Positions 52,029 to 63,341 of a stretch of DNA of 64,000 nucleotides are shown piece after piece; the stretch's first letter is position 1, and each line of letters starts with the position of its first letter. The notes beneath the pieces are model-generated. The model was not told where the DNA came from. It saw nothing but the letters and a program-made list of their open reading frames with translations, and searched no databases. The position numbers and the translations under genes were made by a program. The stretch is from NCBI GenBank assembly GCA_965221375.1, contig OZ244883.1, positions 892,409 to 956,408 on the forward strand. The letters are read 5' to 3'. This DNA is from an uncultured candidatus Porisulfidus sp. GTDB taxonomy: Bacteria; Pseudomonadota; Gammaproteobacteria; Poriferisulfidales; Poriferisulfidaceae.

Positions 52029-53099
52029 ATGACAATCATCGACATCAAGAATAGTGTCCTAAAGTTTTTGGATTGGTGGTGGAAAGGATTGGCCGAAACC
52101 ATGCCTCCTGCTTTTCTTAAGTTTTGTTCAGAGAGAGGAGACAAGCTTAACTTCGACATTTCATCGGGTCAGGTTCGAATATGGAAGACAAGGGATCGCA
52201 AAAAAAGTGATTTCGTCGAGGTTTCCATGGACAAAGTGGAAGATTTCGACAGTTATGAAATCGCAGATTTCAGGCCCGCATGTACGACTTTGGAAATGAA
52301 AATATCTCCGGAGCTTGGACTGATAAAGGAGGTTGAGTTGCCGTTGGCTGCTCGGGAGAATTTGAGGCAGGCCTTAGCCTATGAAATGCACAGGTTCACG
52401 CCATTTTCTGCAGATGATGTGTACTACGATTACCAAACCATGGAGGAAACGGATCACTTGATAAGAGTTCGTCTTGCTGTGGTTCCGAGACGGCTTGTTA
52501 GGAAGGCAACGCGGTGGCTTTCCAGCTGGGATTTGCAGTTTGTGCCCAGAATCACATCATGGCGTCCGGAAGATGCTCATGAAAGCAAAATCATTTTCAG
52601 GTTTCGTGAATCAAGATATCGATTCTGGCGCATGCGCAAAGCGAGCGCTTTCTTGCTTGCCGCCAACTTAATTTTGGCTACTTTCGTTGTTGCATTGCCT
52701 CTAGTTTTGGAGCAAGACCGCCTCAATAGTCTGCACGCCGAATTAGCCCAACTTCATAATGAACTAGAACAGTACAGCGACACATACGGTCGCACGGAAG
52801 ATCTGGAGAAGAGGAGAGAGTTCTTTGCCTCGCAAGTTGACGCACGAGTCAGTGCTTTACAGTTGCTTGAAGTGCTGACAAATCAGTTTCCAGACGACAC
52901 ATGGATTATGCAACTGGAGTTACGCGAAGGTATGCTGCACCTTCAGGGTTATTCTTCCAAGGCAACCTCCTTGGTGGGCATCCTGGAGTCTTCTTCCATG
53001 TTTGACAATCCCCAGTTTTCATCGCCGGTCATCCGAGATGAGACTATGGGGAAAGACCGCTTTCACTTGTCTGTGGGTGTCACTGCAGGGGGATCGTGA
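52029..53099 (+). CDS. gspL: T2SS protein L (XpsL/PilN-like)
   Basis: FLDWWW, LPLAARENL.QAL..E..RFTPF, single TM, FPDDTWI, QFSSPV. Confidence 0.85.
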   Translation: MTIIDIKNSVLKFLDWWWKGLAETMPPAFLKFCSERGDKLNFDISSGQVRIWKTRDRKKSDFVEVSMDKVEDFDSYEIADFRPACTTLEMKISPELGLIKEVELPLAARENLRQALAYEMHRFTPFSADDVYYDYQTMEETDHLIRVRLAVVPRRLVRKATRWLSSWDLQFVPRITSWRPEDAHESKIIFRFRESRYRFWRMRKASAFLLAANLILATFVVALPLVLEQDRLNSLHAELAQLHNELEQYSDTYGRTEDLEKRREFFASQVDARVSALQLLEVLTNQFPDDTWIMQLELREGMLHLQGYSSKATSLVGILESSSMFDNPQFSSPVIRDETMGKDRFHLSVGVTAGGS

Positions 53100-53668
53100 T
53101 GAGGCGGGCTATATTCCATAGAGTGCTTGCTTGGGCACTCTTGTTATTTGTTCTATTCACAATATTTCTTGTTGGAATACTCCCATTGTGGAACAGTTAT
53201 CAGACGACAAGACTGGCGGCGAACGAAGCCCAAAGGCAAGTCGCGACAGCTCAGAAAGCAATCGCGGATGTGGAATATTTGATGGCGCAGCCGGAATCCC
53301 AGTTTGAGGCAATTGATCGTTTTCTACTTCCTGGAGATAGTCAAACTTTGGCGGCTGCCGCTCTACAAAGTCGGGTTGAAACACTTGTAGACCAGCGAGG
53401 CGGGCAAATATTCAGCATTCACACAATTCTGGGTGAAAAACAACAGGACCTAGCCCAGGTTTCGATTCGTATTCGCTTGGCTCCCACCACATCGGTTCTT
53501 CAACAGATTCTATTTGACTTGGAGGGTCAACTGCCATTGTTGACCATTGATTACTTGAAATTGGTTTCTCATGGTGGCCATGAGCTATACATTGATTCTC
53601 CTCTCAATGCCGAAATTCAAGTATCCGGATGGTGGGCACCTGTACCCATGAAGAATCACGATGCGTAA
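53096..53668 (+). CDS. gspM: T2SS protein M
   Basis: N-terminal TM, coiled coil, AAAALQSRV, L..ILFDLE...PLL.ID; position after gspL. Confidence 0.8.
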   Translation: MMRRAIFHRVLAWALLLFVLFTIFLVGILPLWNSYQTTRLAANEAQRQVATAQKAIADVEYLMAQPESQFEAIDRFLLPGDSQTLAAAALQSRVETLVDQRGGQIFSIHTILGEKQQDLAQVSIRIRLAPTTSVLQQILFDLEGQLPLLTIDYLKLVSHGGHELYIDSPLNAEIQVSGWWAPVPMKNHDA

Positions 53669-54311
53669 TTGGGGACAGTTGCTTCTGATGTTGGGATTGG
53701 CGTCTGTGCTAATCATAGAGGCAGTGGGGCTGACTAAAGACTCGGAAAGTGACTTTGACCCGGTGTCATTAAGAAGTTTTTCTGTACAAAGCTTGGATTT
53801 CAAGCCGATGTCCAGGCCGCCTCAACTTACGGCGCGGCCTTTATTCCGAAAAACGCGTCGTCCGCCGGAAATCCCTGTCTTGGACGAGGTGCCTCCCATT
53901 GAGGAAATACCACAGGCCACCCCTCCGGCACCTCAAGAGATCCCAGAACTAGTGCCTACATTCCGCCATAAGCTCACGGCTGTGACAATCACTGGAAACG
54001 AATCTGTAGCGTACATGGTTAATCCCGTGAATCTCGATTTGATCCGCTTGGAAAAGGGAAACCAGATTGATGGTTGGGTCCTGCATGAAGTGCATCCGGA
54101 TGCAGTAGTGCTAGGATACGGAACCGAACAACGAGTCCGTCTTGAATTGTGGGCAGACGAACACGACGAAGATTTTTCTGTACCTCTAAGTGGAAACCAG
54201 GATGCGCAAGGCGATTTTGAACACTTCCAAGGAGAATTTTCTTCCCCGGAACTTCGCCCCGCTGAACCGCCAAGGCGTCCCGTGCGGGGACCACGCTCTC
54301 GTGTGCGATAA
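53661..54311 (+). CDS. T2SS XpsN/GspC-like protein
   Basis: N-terminal TM, RPLF..TRRP, Pro-rich linker, G..IDGW.L.EV..D.VVL; between gspM and gspD as in xps clusters. Confidence 0.65.
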   Translation: MRNWGQLLLMLGLASVLIIEAVGLTKDSESDFDPVSLRSFSVQSLDFKPMSRPPQLTARPLFRKTRRPPEIPVLDEVPPIEEIPQATPPAPQEIPELVPTFRHKLTAVTITGNESVAYMVNPVNLDLIRLEKGNQIDGWVLHEVHPDAVVLGYGTEQRVRLELWADEHDEDFSVPLSGNQDAQGDFEHFQGEFSSPELRPAEPPRRPVRGPRSRVR

Positions 54312-56463
54312 GGCTAGCATCGGCAAGCAGTGCCTCATAGGGGCCTGCCTCTTGATATTTTCAGGGTGTCAAACACTGGATGACACTTTCTATACCGTAT
54401 TTGATCACACTTCGCCTTCGACCCAGTCGGATGTAAGTAATGAGTCTCAAGAAGAACCTGCAAGTTCTCCGACCCCATCGCGACCCGATCCCCAATTCGT
54501 CGAGCTGGGAACGGGAGAATTTGCGGAGATCAAGGAGCCGGACGAAAGAGCAGGAGTGACCACGGGGCCAGCGACATTGAATTTTAATAACACCTCGATT
54601 GCGGATGCGGTAAAAGTTATTTTGGGGGACCTTCTGGGGAAAAATTATGTTATTGATCCGCAAGTTCAAGGCACAGTGACTCTGAATACTGCCGAACCGG
54701 TCGCGCAAGAAGACTTGTTGCCTACACTGGAATTGCTGCTACGGATGAACGATGCAGCCGTCGTGCTCCAGCGGGATATTTATCGAGTCATCCCTCGCCA
54801 TCAGGCAGGTCAGGAACTGCGCATTCCTCAAATCGGAGACAGCAGCGTACCTTTACCGGCGGGAAACACCATTCGCATCGTACCTATCAAGCATATCGCT
54901 GCCAGTGAAATGGCAGGGATATTGGAGCCTTTTGCTCCCGCTGGAAATATTGTTCGTGTTGATACTTCGCGCAATTGGCTCTTATTGATGGGCGATACCA
55001 TGGAGTTGGACAGCCTGGTTGAAACGGTTCGCATCTTCGATGTGGATTGGCTGAAAGGGTTGTCATTCGGCTTGTTTACGCCTGACTTTGTTCAGGCGGA
55101 TGTTTTGGCGAATGAGTTGTCGGGTATTTTTGGCAAGAAATCTGAGGGTCCGCTTGCGGGGTTGGTACGAATCAAAGTCATCAAACGTATGAATGCCTTG
55201 CTGGTGGTTTCGCCTCGTCCGGAATATCTCAAGAAAGTGGAAAATTGGATAGAGCGTCTGGATGTGGATCAGGGAACGGAAGAGCAAGGTCTCTTTGTCT
55301 ATCAGATTCAACATGGGAAGGCGAGCGACTTGGCGGATGTTCTTGCTCAAGTGTTTGATGATCCAGAGATCGATGGAGGAGTGGGTGCGGCGGAATTGGC
55401 TCCCGGGTTGGAACCTGTGGAACTTTCGAGTGAAATGGAGGGCTCCCCACAGTTGTTTCTGCCTGGTTCTCTGGAGAATCCTTCTGTCTCAGGGGCGGGA
55501 ATATCCAAAGGAGGGAATAATTCCCTTCGAATTATTCCAGATAGCGTTAATAATGTCTTGCTTATCCGGGCAACATTCCGGCAGTACCGGCAGGTTATAG
55601 AAGCCCTACGAAAGATTGATATTGCCCCACTTCAGGTACTTATCGAAGCAACGATTGCCGAGGTGTCTTTGACAGGTGAATTTTCTTTAGGGTTGGAATG
55701 GTTTTTGAAGACTGGATTGAGCGGAGATCGAACCGGGGATGCGCAACTAGATCTTAACGCGTCTGGCATTGGGGCGACGACAGGGTTTTCCTATGTAATC
55801 AGAAGTTCTAATGATATCCGCTTTGTTCTCAATGCACTGGCATCGGACTCGCGACTTAACATTATTTCTTCTCCCAGCCTAATGGTATTGAATCATCAGG
55901 AGGCTAGTATCCAAGTCGGGGATCAAGTGCCGATTACAACGCAACAGCAGCAAGCTACTGCGACTGACTCAAACATCATTAACAACATCGAATTTCGTGA
56001 TACGGGCGTCCTGTTGAATGTTCGTCCACGTGTGAATGCCAATGGCTTGGTGGTTATGGAAATTGAGCAGGAGGTGAGCGACGTGGCTCCGAACAGCGGT
56101 AACAGCCTGACTCCGACAATCCAGCAACGCAAGATCAATAGCACGGTCGCGGTACAGAGCGGAGAGACCGTTGTACTTGGTGGATTGATTCGCGAAAATA
56201 AATCTGAATCTGAATCTGGGGTGCCGGGCCTATCGAAAGTGCCTGGTTTGGGCTTTTTGTTCGGTGCAAGTAATGATACCAGCCGTCGTACGGAACTGGT
56301 GGTTCTCATTACGCCACGTGCCGTGCGCGACCCAAGTGTTTCTCGTGAAATTACCGAAGAATTTCGTGAGCGTATGGGAAGTCTTAAACCACTTTTCAGG
56401 CCAAAATCGGAAGAGAAACAAGACTCTGTTTCAGGACAAGACTCGGGCGATCCGGAAATTTGA
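54301..56463 (+). CDS. gspD: T2SS secretin with lipoprotein signal peptide
   Basis: N0 LNFNNTSIAD, N3 IIPDSVNNVLL, QVLIEATIAEV, GGLI..PGL.KVPGLG.LFG, RTELVVLITP; GTG start at 54301 gives LLIFSG-C lipobox. Confidence 0.93.
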   Translation: MCDKASIGKQCLIGACLLIFSGCQTLDDTFYTVFDHTSPSTQSDVSNESQEEPASSPTPSRPDPQFVELGTGEFAEIKEPDERAGVTTGPATLNFNNTSIADAVKVILGDLLGKNYVIDPQVQGTVTLNTAEPVAQEDLLPTLELLLRMNDAAVVLQRDIYRVIPRHQAGQELRIPQIGDSSVPLPAGNTIRIVPIKHIAASEMAGILEPFAPAGNIVRVDTSRNWLLLMGDTMELDSLVETVRIFDVDWLKGLSFGLFTPDFVQADVLANELSGIFGKKSEGPLAGLVRIKVIKRMNALLVVSPRPEYLKKVENWIERLDVDQGTEEQGLFVYQIQHGKASDLADVLAQVFDDPEIDGGVGAAELAPGLEPVELSSEMEGSPQLFLPGSLENPSVSGAGISKGGNNSLRIIPDSVNNVLLIRATFRQYRQVIEALRKIDIAPLQVLIEATIAEVSLTGEFSLGLEWFLKTGLSGDRTGDAQLDLNASGIGATTGFSYVIRSSNDIRFVLNALASDSRLNIISSPSLMVLNHQEASIQVGDQVPITTQQQQATATDSNIINNIEFRDTGVLLNVRPRVNANGLVVMEIEQEVSDVAPNSGNSLTPTIQQRKINSTVAVQSGETVVLGGLIRENKSESESGVPGLSKVPGLGFLFGASNDTSRRTELVVLITPRAVRDPSVSREITEEFRERMGSLKPLFRPKSEEKQDSVSGQDSGDPEI

Positions 56464-56656
56464 TACTTGTGTAGAACATCCAAGCGGGTTTGGAGACTGC
56501 ATGCGGGCGAAGGAAACGGCGATGGGATTCCTACAAAAACGGCATGGGGCTGATATCTTCGGCTCTCGTGAGAGGTTAGCCTTTATTAGAACTTCATAAA
56601 GTCAGTTTGTATAATAGCCCCAACGGCAGTCACCAACGACAGGAGAGACGTTGACC

Positions 56657-56887
56657 ATGGCAGATTATGACCAAGAGCTGGATGCTTGCGGCTTGAATTG
56701 TCCATTGCCCATTTTGCGGGCAAAAAAATCATTGGCGAAACTGGCAAGTGGCCAGATTTTGCGGATTATTGCGACCGACCCAGGTGCCGTAAAGGATTTT
56801 GAGGCGTTCTCGAAGCAGACGGGCAACCCGTTGCTGGAATCCATCGAGCAGGACGGCAAGTTTTATTTCCGACTGCAGAAAGCGTAA
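56657..56887 (+). CDS. tusA: TusA/SirA-family sulfur carrier protein
   Basis: LDACGLNCPLP (CPxP), ATDPGAVKDF; SD AGGAG; exact orthologue within the family uncertain. Confidence 0.8.
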   Translation: MADYDQELDACGLNCPLPILRAKKSLAKLASGQILRIIATDPGAVKDFEAFSKQTGNPLLESIEQDGKFYFRLQKA

Positions 56888-57060
56888 CGGCCCCACGTGC
56901 CGGGTCAATGTGACATAAGAATGGGTCGTGTGAGTGACTTGTTCTCTATTCAGAGGTTGCTCTCTGTGGATCAAAAGGATGGCACCCAGTTTGAAAAAGA
57001 CACTGAAATAACGCACAATAAGCAAACGCCCTTGATTTGGCGTAGTCGCCCCATCTGAAC

Positions 57061-58788
57061 ATGGATAGTCTGCAGAAAGAATCCCAGCCGGAACCCGCTT
57101 CCTTGACGGGTGCGGAAATTTTTATTCGCTGCCTCATAGAAGAGGGAGTGAAAACGGTATTTGGTTACCCTGGTGGTGCAACTTTGCATATCTGCGATGA
57201 GTTGCACAAACAACGAGATATCGACCATATTCTGGTGCGCCATGAGCAGGGGGCAACGCACGCGGCGGAAGGGTTTGCGAAAGCAACCGGTCGTGCCGGT
57301 GTGGTTTTAGTGACATCGGGTCCGGGAGCAACCAATACGATGACGGGCATCGCAGATGCCTTTTTGGACTCGGTGCCGATAGTGATTTTCACAGGGCAAG
57401 TGCGCACGACCGTCATCGGAAATGATGCTTTCCAGGAAATAGACACGGTAGGTATTACGCGCCCCTGCGTAAAACACAACATTCTGGTGAAGCGGGTTGA
57501 AGATATGCCCCTCGCCATTAAACGGGCATTCCACATCGCGACGACGGGTCGCCCTGGACCGGTTGTGGTGGATCTGCCCAAAGATGTGACGGAACAGAAA
57601 ATGCCATTTTCTTATCCGGAAAATCTGCGCTTGCGTTCGTATCGCCCGACGGAGCACGGGCATCCAGGCCAAATCAAGCGAGCCGTGCGCTTGATGGCAA
57701 AGGCCTCACGCCCCGTGATTTATACCGGCGGAGGCGTGATTGCGTCGGATGCGCACGAAGAATTAGCGGAATTCGCTCATTTGACCGGATTCCCCATCAC
57801 CAACACACTCATGGGATTGGGCGCATTTCCAGGCACGGATCCCCAGTTCATTCAAATGCTGGGCATGCATGGCTCTTACGAAGCCAACATGGCCATGCAT
57901 CACAGTGATACGCTGATCGCAATCGGTGCCCGTTTCGATGATCGTATTACCGGACGGTTGGACAAGTTCTGTCCTTACGCCAAAGTCATCCATGTGGACA
58001 TCGACCCTTCGAGCATTTCCAAAAACTTTCCGGCGCATATCCCGATTGTCGGGGATGCGAAGTACGTGCTCCAAGCACTCACCGAAGAGTTGCGCACTGG
58101 CGACTATTCCATGGCAGACATCGAGCCGTGGTGGGGCCAAATTCGCGAATGGATTAAAAAGGACTCGTTCGGGTATGAACAAGATATGGAGGGTGAAATT
58201 AAGCCTCAGTATGTGCTGGAAGAGTTGTACAGACAAACCGAGGGCGATGCTTTTGTCACTTCGGATGTTGGGCAGCACCAGATGTGGGTGGCGCAGTTGT
58301 ACAAATTCAACAAACCGCGTCGGTGGATCAATTCCGGCGGGCTCGGCACGATGGGTTTTGGATTACCGTCGGCCATGGGCGTGCAGCTCGCGCACCCCAA
58401 TGAACTGGTGTGCTGTGTGACAAGTGAGGCGAGTATTCAGATGTGCATCCAGGAATTGTCCACTTGCCGTCAATATGGTTTGCCGCTGAAAATCATCAAC
58501 TTGAATAACCGCTACATGGGCATGGTGCGGCAATGGCAGGATTTCTTCTATGATTCTCGTTATGCCATGTCCTATATGGAGGCACTGCCGGACTTTGTGA
58601 AACTGGCGGAAAGTTTCGGACACATCGGTATGCAGATTGAGAAACCGAAGGACGTGGAGCCGGCACTGCGCGAAATCCTTAGCATCAAGGACCGCTTGGT
58701 ATTTGCTGATTTTGTGACCGATCAAACTGAGAATTTGTTCCCGATGATTGCTCCGGGTGCTGCTCATAACGAAATGATTTTGTCCTGA
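57061..58788 (+). CDS. ilvI: Acetohydroxyacid synthase large subunit
   Basis: FGYPGG, VRHEQGA, TSGPGATN, TSDVGQHQMW, SGGLGTMGFG. Confidence 0.96.
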   Translation: MDSLQKESQPEPASLTGAEIFIRCLIEEGVKTVFGYPGGATLHICDELHKQRDIDHILVRHEQGATHAAEGFAKATGRAGVVLVTSGPGATNTMTGIADAFLDSVPIVIFTGQVRTTVIGNDAFQEIDTVGITRPCVKHNILVKRVEDMPLAIKRAFHIATTGRPGPVVVDLPKDVTEQKMPFSYPENLRLRSYRPTEHGHPGQIKRAVRLMAKASRPVIYTGGGVIASDAHEELAEFAHLTGFPITNTLMGLGAFPGTDPQFIQMLGMHGSYEANMAMHHSDTLIAIGARFDDRITGRLDKFCPYAKVIHVDIDPSSISKNFPAHIPIVGDAKYVLQALTEELRTGDYSMADIEPWWGQIREWIKKDSFGYEQDMEGEIKPQYVLEELYRQTEGDAFVTSDVGQHQMWVAQLYKFNKPRRWINSGGLGTMGFGLPSAMGVQLAHPNELVCCVTSEASIQMCIQELSTCRQYGLPLKIINLNNRYMGMVRQWQDFFYDSRYAMSYMEALPDFVKLAESFGHIGMQIEKPKDVEPALREILSIKDRLVFADFVTDQTENLFPMIAPGAAHNEMILS

Positions 58789-58789
58789 A

Positions 58790-59299
58790 ATGCGGCGGCG
58801 TATTCTGGCCGTGTTGTTGGAGAATGAATCCGGCGCTCTGTCGCGGGTGTCCAACTTGTTCTCTGCCCGAGGCATCAACATCGAATCACTGTCCGTGACT
58901 GCGACGGCCGATGAGACCATGTCGCGCATGACTTTGGTGACACACGGAGATGACCGGGTTCTGGAGCAGGTAACCAAGCTGCTGCACCGATTTGTGGATG
59001 TGATCACAGTGTCAGACTTGACTGGGCAAAATCGTGTGGAGCGCGAAATGGCGCTTGTCAAGTTGCGTTTGCGCGATGAAAGTGGTGTGGATGAGCTGCA
59101 ACGAATCAACAAGGTTTATCGAGGCCGCATCGCAGACGTTAGCGCTTTGGTTTATACCAGCGAAGTGATCGGGACCAGCGAAGAGATTGATGCCTATATC
59201 TCCGCCATGTCCCAGCATGAATTATTGGAAGTGGTCCGTTCCGGGCCGTTGGGAATTATGCGCGGTGAGCATGTGTTGTACACCGAACACAATGACTAA
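58790..59299 (+). CDS. ilvH: Acetohydroxyacid synthase small subunit
   Basis: [38 protein letters not shown]. Confidence 0.96.
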   Translation: MRRRILAVLLENESGALSRVSNLFSARGINIESLSVTATADETMSRMTLVTHGDDRVLEQVTKLLHRFVDVITVSDLTGQNRVEREMALVKLRLRDESGVDELQRINKVYRGRIADVSALVYTSEVIGTSEEIDAYISAMSQHELLEVVRSGPLGIMRGEHVLYTEHND

Positions 59300-59334
59300 T
59301 CATTGCCAGAACCAGGCGGGGAGAAACTAAAGTC

Positions 59335-60351
59335 ATGAAGGTTTTTTACGATAAGGATGCAAACCTCGACATTGTGCAGGGGTGCACGGTGGCAATTATT
59401 GGTTATGGTTCGCAAGGCCATGCGCACGCACACAATCTGAGCGATTCGGGAGTCTCGGTCGTCGTGGGTTTGCGCGAGGACTCTTCGTCGGTCGACAAAG
59501 CGCGCGACTCAGGGTTACGGGTTGCGAGTGTGGCACAGGCCACTTCGGAAGCGGATTTGGTGATGGTGTTGGTGCCGGATGAGTTGCAGGGGAATCTGTA
59601 CGAGCAGGAAATCGAACCCAATTTGCGCCAGGACGCGACGCTGGCGTTTGCGCATGGGTTCAACATTCATTTTGAGCGGATTCGTCCGCGTGCAGATTTG
59701 GATGTCATCATGATCGCACCCAAAGGCCCAGGCCATTTGGTGCGTTCGACCTACACGCAAGGCGGAGGGGTGCCGACGCTGATTGCGGTTTTTCAGGATG
59801 CAAGCGGGGGCGCACGCGAAATGGCCTTGTCCTATGCCAGCGCCAATGGCGGAGGTCGCGCAGGCATTATTGAAACCACTTTCCGAGATGAAGCGGAGAC
59901 AGACCTGTTTGGAGAGCAGGCAGTGCTGTGTGGAGGCGTGACCGCTTTGATTGAGGCAGGATTTGACACGTTGGTCGAAGCCGGCTATCCGGAAGAAATG
60001 GCGTATTTCGAATGTCTCCACGAGTTGAAATTAATCGTAGACCTGATTTATGAAGGAGGCATTTCGAATATGAATTATTCGGTCTCCAATACCGCGGAAT
60101 ACGGGGGATTGACGCGCGGGCCGAAAGTGATTGACGACACGGCACGTCAAGCGATGCGGAAAATTTTGGCGGACGTACAAAGTGGCGAGTTTGCGCGGGA
60201 ATGGATTGCCGAAAATGAAGCAGGACTTCCGCAAATGAACCAGTTGCGCGAGCAAAGTCAGAATCAGTCTATTGAAAAAGTGGGCGAGAAATTGCGCGAG
60301 ATGATGCCTTGGATTCGCGAGCAGCGCCTCGTGGACCGTAGCCGCAATTAA
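59335..60351 (+). CDS. ilvC: Ketol-acid reductoisomerase
   Basis: [48 protein letters not shown]. Confidence 0.98.
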   Translation: MKVFYDKDANLDIVQGCTVAIIGYGSQGHAHAHNLSDSGVSVVVGLREDSSSVDKARDSGLRVASVAQATSEADLVMVLVPDELQGNLYEQEIEPNLRQDATLAFAHGFNIHFERIRPRADLDVIMIAPKGPGHLVRSTYTQGGGVPTLIAVFQDASGGAREMALSYASANGGGRAGIIETTFRDEAETDLFGEQAVLCGGVTALIEAGFDTLVEAGYPEEMAYFECLHELKLIVDLIYEGGISNMNYSVSNTAEYGGLTRGPKVIDDTARQAMRKILADVQSGEFAREWIAENEAGLPQMNQLREQSQNQSIEKVGEKLREMMPWIREQRLVDRSRN

Positions 60352-60362
60352 AGGCGGCAACG

Positions 60363-60371
60363 TGCTAAAAT
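60363..60371 (+). promoter_or_regulatory. Candidate extended -10 promoter (TGcTAAAAT)
   Basis: 12 nt after ilvC stop, upstream of the 27-aa ORF and pssA. Confidence 0.4.
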
Positions 60372-60435
60372 GCTTGGCCAGAGCGATTTGATACGCTGAT
60401 TAAATTTTCCTGTTCCATAACCGTGGAGGAATAAC

Positions 60436-60519
60436 ATGTACTGGGGCAATTGGATTTCTTTTGCAGTTTTCTGGGGTGTTTACGCTTTATTGGTCTGGAG
60501 CGTGGAGAACTTGGTTTAA
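60436..60519 (+). CDS. 27-aa single-TM microprotein MYWGNWISFAVFWGVYALLVWSVENLV
   Basis: Hand translation; SD GGAGGA 5 nt before ATG; uninterrupted hydrophobic/aromatic stretch. Confidence 0.6.
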   Translation: MYWGNWISFAVFWGVYALLVWSVENLV

Positions 60520-60586
60520 TTCTGACATGACTCTCTGTGTCACAGCCGGGTGTTCGCTGTGACGTACGCACGCTGAGGCCCGTGCT

Positions 60587-61336
60587 ATGAAAGGCTATCG
60601 CCGCAGCATTTATCTGCTGCCGAGTCTGCTGACAACGGCCTCTATGTTTGCAGGTTTTTCTGCAATCACTTTCGCTTCCGAACAACGCTTTGAAGCCGCC
60701 GCTTTGGCGATTTTTTTGGCGATGGTGCTGGATGCACTGGACGGACGGATTGCGCGCCTGACACACACGGCCAGTGAGTTCGGCCTGCACTACGACAGTT
60801 TGAGTGACATGCTGGCGTTTGGTGTTGCGCCGGCGTTGGTGCTCTACGAATGGTCTTTGCAGTTCATGCAGCCGGTCGGTGGGGACTGGGCCAAAATCGG
60901 TTGGTTAGTGGCCTTCTTTTACATGGCCGCAGTAGGTCTGCGTTTGGCGCGGTTCAATGTGTCCGCCAATGTTCAGGACCGGGCATTTTTTCGAGGCCTG
61001 CCGAGTCCGGCCGCGGCCGGCACCCTGATGGCGGGGATGTGGGTAGCGGTAAAGACCGGTTATACGGGAGAAGAGTTGAAGAATGTCATCTTGTTGGCGA
61101 CGCTGGTGATGTCAGTCTTGCTGGTCAGTCGTTTTAGTTACTACAGTTTTAAGGAGACCAGTCCAAAATTCCGAGTGCGAATGGTTTCTTGGATTCTGAT
61201 TCTGGGGAGTCTCATGTTATTTGCAATTGATCCCCCGAAAATCTTGCTGCTCCTTTTTATTGCCTATGTGTTGTCGGGTCCGGCATTGTTTGTGTTTCGG
61301 ATGCGCCGCCGCTGGCATAGTTCCTCATCGTCTTGA
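60587..61336 (+). CDS. pssA: CDP-diacylglycerol--serine O-phosphatidyltransferase
   Basis: IYLLPSLLT, CDP-alcohol motif DALDGRIAR..S.FG..YDSLSD..FGVAP, RLARFN, GLPSPAA. Confidence 0.93.
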   Translation: MKGYRRSIYLLPSLLTTASMFAGFSAITFASEQRFEAAALAIFLAMVLDALDGRIARLTHTASEFGLHYDSLSDMLAFGVAPALVLYEWSLQFMQPVGGDWAKIGWLVAFFYMAAVGLRLARFNVSANVQDRAFFRGLPSPAAAGTLMAGMWVAVKTGYTGEELKNVILLATLVMSVLLVSRFSYYSFKETSPKFRVRMVSWILILGSLMLFAIDPPKILLLLFIAYVLSGPALFVFRMRRRWHSSSSS

Positions 61337-61366
61337 AGATAGGGTAGGCTTCAAACTGCAAATACC

Positions 61367-61846
61367 TCAGGCAAGCGCCTCAGGAGCCACCAGAATACCG
61401 TCTGCGTCGGCGCAGACCCAATGCCCGGGAATAAATTCCACGCCGGCAAAACGAACTGGAATGTCGCGCTCGCCCAACCCGCGTTTGACACTCTTTTGCG
61501 GGTGAGTATCCAGGGCTTTGACGCCAATTGAAATCGTCGCGATGACTGCGGAGTCACGAATGCAGCCGTTGACGATGACACCGGCCCAATGATGCTTATG
61601 CGCCAGCGCAGCTAAAAGATCTCCCAGCAAAGCACACTGCATGGAGGCTCCTCCATCGACAACTAGGACGCGCTGTGCTCCTTCTTCCTCGAGTGCTTCC
61701 CGAACTTTGGAATTGTCATTCGGGCAACTGACCGTCGCAATTTGACCAGCAAAAGCGGTAATCCCTCCGTAACTGCGAAACCCCGGTGTGGCAATGTGGG
61801 TAGTGTCAGGGTGTTGGTCGGAAAGGTCGGCAGTGGCAAGTGTCAT
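61367..61846 (-). CDS. rraA: RraA-family protein (RNase E regulator / HMG aldolase)
   Basis: TADLSD, FRSYGG, DNSKV, VLVVDGG, ALLGD, GCIRD, ADADG. Confidence 0.9.
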   Translation of the reverse strand: MTLATADLSDQHPDTTHIATPGFRSYGGITAFAGQIATVSCPNDNSKVREALEEEGAQRVLVVDGGASMQCALLGDLLAALAHKHHWAGVIVNGCIRDSAVIATISIGVKALDTHPQKSVKRGLGERDIPVRFAGVEFIPGHWVCADADGILVAPEALA

Positions 61847-61934
61847 GGCAAATTAAAAAATAACAAAGCAGCCATTATAGGGGTGGAGATTAACTATGCC
61901 CAATGGTAATCAGCTCTTTGGGCAAAACGGTTGA

Positions 61935-63320
<1,386 letters not shown>

Positions 63321-63341
63321 TTTCTCCGACCGTCGTCCGCG

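Noticed and set aside
56888-57060. Leader peptide or attenuator upstream of ilvIH
   Set aside because: No Ile/Leu/Val-rich short ORF with SD and no terminator hairpin with U-tract found
58405-58450. IlvI thiamine-diphosphate motif reads TSEASIQM rather than GDG
   Set aside because: GEG/GEA-type variants are common in proteobacterial IlvI and the rest of the enzyme is intact
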